The notes beneath the pieces are model-generated. The model did no database searches. It worked only from the letters and a program-made list of their open reading frames with translations, and was not told the origin of the DNA. Source: a virus (taxonomy: Duplodnaviria > Caudoviricetes). From it: DNA of 38,890 nt. Within the stretch, counting starts at the first letter, position 1; each line of letters starts with the position of its first letter. Positions 33,411-38,890 of the stretch are shown piece after piece. The DNA is taken from positions 1 to 38,890 of IMG/VR virus record IMGVR_UViG_3300033067_001880. One strand, written 5' to 3'. Made by a program: the position numbers and the translations under genes.

Positions 33411-34270
33411 CAATCAGCACGCGCAATCAGATTTTGCAGAACATGGCCGCAGGTAAGGGCGTCTATTCAATCAGCTCTTGCAAGGGGGTTACTCCCACGG
33501 CTGGCGCTGCTGCGAGTGGTTATTTCACATCCGCAATTCAGTTCAATGGATTCAGCACGCTACCCGGCACGCTTTACAGCATACCTGGTGGCGCTTCTGG
33601 TTTATCAAACGAATTATTCTTAACTGACTTCTCTATCTCTCCCGCCGGTTCGACGGCTGGTAGCGGCGCATACCTAGCGCGCCTTTACCGGATAGGAGGC
33701 GTTAGCTTAACGGCAACTGGCAATAGATTTACGCATGATGCTGCGACGTTCCCATTAACGCGCACGAACATGGGAACGACATCTAACGTCAATTTGATTC
33801 CTATGGCGTATGTAACGACGGCGCTAACAACGACTGCCGGTGCATTCATTCTAAAAGATTCAGGTGGAACGGCTGGTTACACGAACCAAGCCGGTAGCAA
33901 CATTGTCGGCACTAAAACATTTACCTTTCCTTCAGCTACGACTGCTGCTGGTTCTGGCTACATGCTAAGGCTGGAAGATGGCGATAGCGCCGTGCAGGAT
34001 ATTATTCAGGTGAACGTAACCACATCCTCGGCAGCGGGCGCGTTTGATATTTACGGCGCTGAGGTTCTGGCATTAATCTCAACTCCGGCCACATCGAACA
34101 CGGTTTTAAGCCATCATGATGCGCTTTATGGTTCCTTGATGATGCGTGACATAAACCCGGCAACGCCTACTAGCGGTTCGGTCACATCGTATCTTGCTGT
34201 TTTGCCTTTGGGTAACGCAGCGACCACAGCGACATCACCTACATTGATAATGGGGGTAAATGACGTATGA
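33407..34270 (+). CDS. Ser/Thr-rich virion accessory protein, paralog C
   Basis: TFPLTRT...YTNQAG...LEDGDSAVQDI. Confidence 0.65.
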   Translation: MTISTRNQILQNMAAGKGVYSISSCKGVTPTAGAAASGYFTSAIQFNGFSTLPGTLYSIPGGASGLSNELFLTDFSISPAGSTAGSGAYLARLYRIGGVSLTATGNRFTHDAATFPLTRTNMGTTSNVNLIPMAYVTTALTTTAGAFILKDSGGTAGYTNQAGSNIVGTKTFTFPSATTAAGSGYMLRLEDGDSAVQDIIQVNVTTSSAAGAFDIYGAEVLALISTPATSNTVLSHHDALYGSLMMRDINPATPTSGSVTSYLAVLPLGNAATTATSPTLIMGVNDV

Positions 34271-34443
34271 GTACGTTCAAATCACCCGGCAACAATCCTT
34301 TGCAGAATTACTCGCAGCCACAGACGGAAGGCGAGCAATTCCCATCGGCACCATTTAAGCCATCGACGCCTACTATTTTTGTCAATGCAAACCTGACGGG
34401 CCTTCAAGGCGGCGGCCCATTTTTTGTTAATCCATTGGGGTAG
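34267..34443 (+). CDS. 58-aa Pro-rich linker peptide (not in track)
   Basis: MSTFKSPGNNPL...GLQGGGPFFVNPLG; ATGA coupling; fills the gap exactly. Confidence 0.6.
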   Translation: MSTFKSPGNNPLQNYSQPQTEGEQFPSAPFKPSTPTIFVNANLTGLQGGGPFFVNPLG

Positions 34444-34446
34444 GAC

Positions 34447-35193
34447 ATGAAGCTCGCTAGAAAATTAGGCTCAACATCGCAAATCCTGCAAATCTTTATA
34501 CAGGACTCATCAAGCACGACCGGCGCTGGATTGACCGGCCTAACCAATGGCTCTAGCGGGCTTACGGCGTATTACCACCGCGATACAGACACGACTGCAA
34601 CAGCAATCAGCTTGGTGTCGATGACCGTTGGCACATTCACATCCAGCGGATTTAAGGAAATAGACGCGACGAACATGCCGGGATGGTATCAGTTTTGCCC
34701 GCCTGATGCAGCGTTTGCTGCTGGTGCGACAAGCGTTGGCTTCCACTTAAAGGGCGCAACCAATATGGCCCCGTTGCCTATTGAGATCGACCTAGATGCG
34801 CAGGTGGATTTAACGAACATTGCAGGACAAGCTGTTACTGCGGCGGCAGGTGTTACTTTCCCGTCAAGCATAGCAAGCCCAACCAACATCACGGCGGGAA
34901 CGATTACAACGGTCACAAACCTGACAAATGCACCAACTTCTGGCGACCTGACTGCCACTATGAAGGCATCGGTTGCGACAGCGGTTCTAACCACGCAGAT
35001 GACCGAGAGTTACGCGGCGTTCCATACGGCACCTACCTTGGCGCAAGCCATCTTTGAAACACGCGCATTGCTGGCAGAAAACAGTGTTTCAGGCACGACC
35101 GTTACTGTGAAGAAAATCGACGGAAGCACAACGGCGGAAACGTTTACTATAGATAGCGCGACCGCACCAACGAGTATTACCAGAGCAACCTAA
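34447..35193 (+). CDS. Thr-rich putative head fibre/spike stem protein
   Basis: IQDSSSTTGAGLTGL...EIDATNMPGWY N-domain; TITTVTNLTN repeats; TESYAA...PTLAQA C-domain. Confidence 0.6.
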   Translation: MKLARKLGSTSQILQIFIQDSSSTTGAGLTGLTNGSSGLTAYYHRDTDTTATAISLVSMTVGTFTSSGFKEIDATNMPGWYQFCPPDAAFAAGATSVGFHLKGATNMAPLPIEIDLDAQVDLTNIAGQAVTAAAGVTFPSSIASPTNITAGTITTVTNLTNAPTSGDLTATMKASVATAVLTTQMTESYAAFHTAPTLAQAIFETRALLAENSVSGTTVTVKKIDGSTTAETFTIDSATAPTSITRAT

Positions 35194-35603
35194 TGGCCGT
35201 ATCAAATATTGTCCTTCGTTCCGGCGTAGGGCCGACAGCGACCATCCCGCTGTTTGTGACGCATGGGCTGAGTGTTGGCGCAGCGCCTTCCCCTAATAAT
35301 GATACGCATGATAACTGGCTAGACTACCATCGCAGGCAGCAGGAAAAGCGCCGCAAAAAGCTAAAGAAGCAATACGAGAAAGTGGCAGACAGTCCGGTTG
35401 TTCAAGAAATAGTGCGCCCATTCGTGGCGGAGCCTGCGCAAGATGAGGTTCGTCCACAATTTTACCAAATCAATATAGATGCGCTCGAGAGCGATGCCGT
35501 GTCGCTGCGCAGCCTGCTAAATGAAATTGAGGCGGTACTTACAAAAAGACGGCTAGATAAAGAGGATGAAGATTTGCTGGTTTACATCGCATCCATTATT
35601 TAG
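35193..35603 (+). CDS. Head-region protein (DTHD motif, basic patch, C-terminal DEDLL)
   Basis: 136 aa coupled ORF. Confidence 0.6.
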   Translation: MAVSNIVLRSGVGPTATIPLFVTHGLSVGAAPSPNNDTHDNWLDYHRRQQEKRRKKLKKQYEKVADSPVVQEIVRPFVAEPAQDEVRPQFYQINIDALESDAVSLRSLLNEIEAVLTKRRLDKEDEDLLVYIASII

Positions 35604-35637
35604 TTGCACATAAAAAAATTGTGGTTATGCTTTTAAT

Positions 35638-36042
35638 ATGCATTACATGAATGTAGAATACAAAGAACTACAGAAAATTATGTCGCTATCCGATATTGAA
35701 TGGGCGGCATCAGCACGAATCCCCTACAATGACTTTTCCGGCGCATGGTCGCGTTTGCTGGCAATACAGGTAAAAGTACGCGAGGCAATTGAAGCGGGCG
35801 ATGTTAAGGAATTAGAGCGCGCGCCAGTCGCCGTACAAAAGGCGCATAATGTCATTAGCGATAAACTTTGGGATGTCGTTAATCCGATAGATGGGAAGCC
35901 CTACGACAGTAAATCGGCATATTACAAAAAAGTAAAAGAATCCGGTTGCCATATCACGGACGGCAGTACGGCATCGCGCGCGGAGCCAGACCATAACGTT
36001 TCCCGTGAGCTTAAAGACGCACTTCACCAACATTTACGATAG
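35638..36042 (+). CDS. Conserved pre-scaffold protein
   Basis: VISD...NPIDGKPYDSKSAY motif; preceded by TTGCAC-N16-TATGCT-N6-ATG. Confidence 0.6.
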   Translation: MHYMNVEYKELQKIMSLSDIEWAASARIPYNDFSGAWSRLLAIQVKVREAIEAGDVKELERAPVAVQKAHNVISDKLWDVVNPIDGKPYDSKSAYYKKVKESGCHITDGSTASRAEPDHNVSRELKDALHQHLR

Positions 36043-36051
36043 GAAGTACTT

Positions 36052-37092
36052 ATGTCAGAAGATACCCAAGAACCCGCCGATATTTCACAAGAAATAAATG
36101 TAGAACAAGCCGAACCACAAGTTGATAGTATTCGTGACGATATTGTTAAGGCGGTGGCTGAGGCGAAGGAGCGCGACGATAAAGGAAGATTCGCGCCGAA
36201 AGAAAAGCTGAATTTGCCGCCAGAGGCCAAAGAAAAGGCTGAAAAGAAGGTGCAAGAGGCGACAGCGCCGGAAGAAAAGCCGGAAGTCATTGCACCTCCC
36301 GCTTCGTGGAAAGCAGAGCATAAAGAAAAATGGAGCGAAATACCTCCGCACATGCAAAAAGCAATTCTGGCACGTGAAGAAGAAATCCATAAAGGATTTA
36401 CGCGGCTGGATGAGGAACGGTTGCTCGGCAAGCAAATTAAGGAAACGGTCGCTCCGTATTTGGCGCAGATACAGGCTGAGGGCGGCACACCAATAACCGC
36501 AGTAAAGGATTTGTTGAACACAGCGTATGTTCTGCGTACTGGCGACCCCGTGACAAAGGCACGCTTGGTCGCGCAAGTTATTCAGCAATATGGCGTTGAT
36601 TTAAGCCTTGCTGGACAGCAGGCGCAAAATGTTGACCCCGTGCTCGCGCAAACGCAGCAAAGGCTGATGCAGCTCGAACAGCAATTGCGGCAAGAAAAAG
36701 AATTGCAATCGCAACAGCAAAATGCTAGCATTATGACCGAAATAGAGGCTTTCTCCAATAACCCTGAGAATAGCTACTTTGAACAAGTACGCGCTGATAT
36801 GCAGACGCTACTTCAATCAGGTGCTATTCCTGCGGCAAGTCCGCAGAAGATGTTAAAGGAAGCCTATGACCGAGCCGTTTGGGCCAATCCCACTACGCGA
36901 CAACTATTGTTAGTAAAACAAGCAGCGGAAGCTGAGTCGAAGCGTAATGAGGTAGTGGCCACTAAAAAACGTGCTTCAGGCTCTATTACAGGGAGTTCAG
37001 GCACAGTAAATGCCAATCCCGCCCCCAAAGATCGCTCACTGGCTGATGAAATCCGTGCGAATTACCGTGCGGCAGTTTCGTCAGACGCTTAA
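36052..37092 (+). CDS. Capsid scaffolding protein
   Basis: Acidic/coiled-coil; RDDKGRFA, APPASWK; immediately upstream of the capsid gene. Confidence 0.75.
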   Translation: MSEDTQEPADISQEINVEQAEPQVDSIRDDIVKAVAEAKERDDKGRFAPKEKLNLPPEAKEKAEKKVQEATAPEEKPEVIAPPASWKAEHKEKWSEIPPHMQKAILAREEEIHKGFTRLDEERLLGKQIKETVAPYLAQIQAEGGTPITAVKDLLNTAYVLRTGDPVTKARLVAQVIQQYGVDLSLAGQQAQNVDPVLAQTQQRLMQLEQQLRQEKELQSQQQNASIMTEIEAFSNNPENSYFEQVRADMQTLLQSGAIPAASPQKMLKEAYDRAVWANPTTRQLLLVKQAAEAESKRNEVVATKKRASGSITGSSGTVNANPAPKDRSLADEIRANYRAAVSSDA

Positions 37093-37114
37093 CCCTCATC
37101 AACATAGGTAATTT

Positions 37115-38098
37115 ATGCCAAATCCATCATCGACGCTGACAGAAATTGTCACGACGACTTTGCGGAATCGGACGGGGAAACTGGCCGACAACGTAACCAA
37201 ACGAAACGCACTCTTGCAGCGCCTGCGTAAAAAGCAGAAAATTAAGCCTGTAAGCGGTGGCCGTACTATTGTCCAAGAGCTAGAATACGCAGAAAACGGT
37301 ACGTTCAAGCGTTATTCTGGCTACGAAACGCTGAACATTTCACCTTCGGACGTGTTCACTGGCGCTGAGTTTAACTATGCTCAGGCTGCGTGCGCCGTTT
37401 CGATTTCTGGTCTTGAAATGATTCAAAACTCTGGCGAAAACGCAATTATTGACTTGCTGGAATCGCGCATTGCAAACGCAGAGCGCACTCTGGTGAACAA
37501 CATTGCTATCGACTGCTATTCAGACGGTACGGCAGACGGCGGACGCCAAATCGGTGGCTTGCAGCTTCTGGTTAGCACTTCGCCTTCAACTGGTACGGTT
37601 GGCGGTATTGATGCCAGCGCAACAATCGGCACTTTCTGGCGCAATATTGCGTTCAGCGGCGTGACCAATGGTGGTGCTGCTACATCGGCTGCAAACATCC
37701 AGTCATACATGAACCGCGTTTACCTGCAATTGGTACGTCAAAGCGACGCGCCTGACTTGCTGGTAGCCGATAACAACTACTACCGTTTCTATCTTGAGAG
37801 CCTGCAATCCATCCAGCGTATCGCGTCGGATGAAATGGCGCAAGCTGGGTTCCAGTCGCTCAAGTACATGAACGCAGATGTGGTGTTTGATGGTGGTATT
37901 GGTGGTGGTGCTCCAACCAACAGCATGTACTTCCTCAATACGGACTATATTTTCTTCCGTCCGCATGCAGAGCGCAACTTCACCCCGCTTGGTGATGACC
38001 GTTTTGCTGTGAACCAAGATGCTATGGTAAAACTCATCGGCTTTGCTGGCAACATGACGGTTTCTAACCGCCGCCTGCAAGGTGTACTAAGCGCATAA
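37115..38098 (+). CDS. Major capsid protein
   Basis: 327 aa; EIVTTTLRNRTGKLADNVTKRNALL...SGGRTIVQELEY...YSGYETL...NRRLQGVL; synteny. Confidence 0.9.
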   Translation: MPNPSSTLTEIVTTTLRNRTGKLADNVTKRNALLQRLRKKQKIKPVSGGRTIVQELEYAENGTFKRYSGYETLNISPSDVFTGAEFNYAQAACAVSISGLEMIQNSGENAIIDLLESRIANAERTLVNNIAIDCYSDGTADGGRQIGGLQLLVSTSPSTGTVGGIDASATIGTFWRNIAFSGVTNGGAATSAANIQSYMNRVYLQLVRQSDAPDLLVADNNYYRFYLESLQSIQRIASDEMAQAGFQSLKYMNADVVFDGGIGGGAPTNSMYFLNTDYIFFRPHAERNFTPLGDDRFAVNQDAMVKLIGFAGNMTVSNRRLQGVLSA

Positions 38099-38118
38099 TT
38101 TGAAAGGAAGGTACTATC

Positions 38119-38706
38119 ATGGCATTCGTTGCTTCTAACCCACGCCTCGGTATTGTTGATATCAATACCGTAGGCACACAGGCACCCGGCACGGGTAGCC
38201 TGCCTTCGGTAACGCTTGAGCCTTTCTTGGGCGAAATCGTTACTGCCTACAACAACACCACCGGCTTGGCTTCGGCTGCGGAATTTATCTATCTGCAAGT
38301 TCCCGCTAGCACTGCAATTCCGGCCGGTACACTTGTGCAGTGGTCAACCACCGGCACCAACGCTACGCCTTCGTTCTATGTGGCAGCGGCACTCCCTGTG
38401 CTTGCTACCTCGAAGAACACGAACGTGTCGATTGGTGTGGCAGTGGCGGCTATTTCTTCAAGCACCAGTGTTCAATATGCATGGTTCCAGATTCAGGGCG
38501 TTGCTACCGTACTTAAAACGGCGGTTGCAGTTAGCCCAGGCTCTGTCATCTACGCATCGGGAACCGCTGGCCGCTTTAAGGTGCTGACCTCGGCTGGTGG
38601 ACAAATCCTCGGCGCACGTACCGCAAACGCTGCTACTATCTCGGCAGGTGTTTCGTCGGTGCTTGTGTATGTGGATCGTCCGAAGATGCAAGGCCAAATC
38701 ACCTGA
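38119..38706 (+). CDS. Capsid decoration/cement protein
   Basis: AEFIYL...GVAVAAI...QYAWFQIQG; follows the capsid gene; Ser/Thr/Ala-rich. Confidence 0.65.
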   Translation: MAFVASNPRLGIVDINTVGTQAPGTGSLPSVTLEPFLGEIVTAYNNTTGLASAAEFIYLQVPASTAIPAGTLVQWSTTGTNATPSFYVAAALPVLATSKNTNVSIGVAVAAISSSTSVQYAWFQIQGVATVLKTAVAVSPGSVIYASGTAGRFKVLTSAGGQILGARTANAATISAGVSSVLVYVDRPKMQGQIT

Positions 38707-38722
38707 GGACAAGTTATTTAGC

Positions 38723-38786
38723 TTGACCTTATTGATTTATCCTATTAGAATCCCTCTCAAGATTAAAAACTTGAGGGGGATTTTTT
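38723..38786 (+). promoter_or_regulatory. Promoter overlapping an RBS-sequestering/terminator hairpin
   Basis: TTGACC-N17-TAGAAT; stem AATCCCTCTCAAG (38749-61)/CTTGAGGGGGATT (38770-82) with T-run 38781-86. Confidence 0.7.
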
Positions 38787-38890
38787 ATGCCAAGAAAAAA
38801 GGGTGGGCCAGCAGTTCTTGAATTAACAGGCGAAAAATATGGTCAATGGACTGTATTAAAAAAAATTCACGGAAGTTTTTGGGAGTGCCA
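38787..38890 (+). CDS. HNH homing endonuclease, 5' part (runs off the window)
   Basis: MPRKKGGPAVLELTGEKYGQWTVLKKIHGSFWEC..., matching the N-terminus type of the 11382-12023 paralog. Confidence 0.75.
   Translation, partial: MPRKKGGPAVLELTGEKYGQWTVLKKIHGSFWEC

Noticed and set aside
1-38890. Stop-codon reassignment, integrase, and the many short opposite-strand ORFs in the track
   Set aside because: Core genes are intact in code 11 and use all three stops; no recombinase motifs found; the shadow ORFs overlap well-supported genes and lack motifs.

Overview
Almost the whole window (~650-38890) is one near-complete, circularly permuted genome of a short-tailed (P22-like architecture) dsDNA phage of a Gram-negative host; a two-component spanin is present and an alphaproteobacterial host is a weak inference. 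Gene order: [terS-terL-portal-accessory Ser/Thr-rich head module-scaffold-major capsid-decoration-HNH 5' part] wraps round to [HNH 3' part-tri-domain glycosyltransferase-adaptor-tail nozzle-GNAT-three ejection proteins-antisense HNH-tail fibres-lysis]. Leftward early genes follow, including many unlisted small ORFs, an ArsR regulator, VRR-NUC, an SF2 helicase, an SSB, a Sak4-like ATPase and Gp157, plus two RHH repressors, a DUF3987 helicase and an iteron origin. I found no integrase, DNA polymerase, primase, tRNA or CRISPR array. The first ~650 nt look non-phage and are fused into the HNH gene (chimera or unusual integration). The best candidate for a new system is a putative virion-glycosylation module: a three-domain glycosyltransferase in the morphogenesis operon plus a set of paralogous Ser/Thr-rich head proteins. 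All family assignments come from motif recognition by eye, not database searches.
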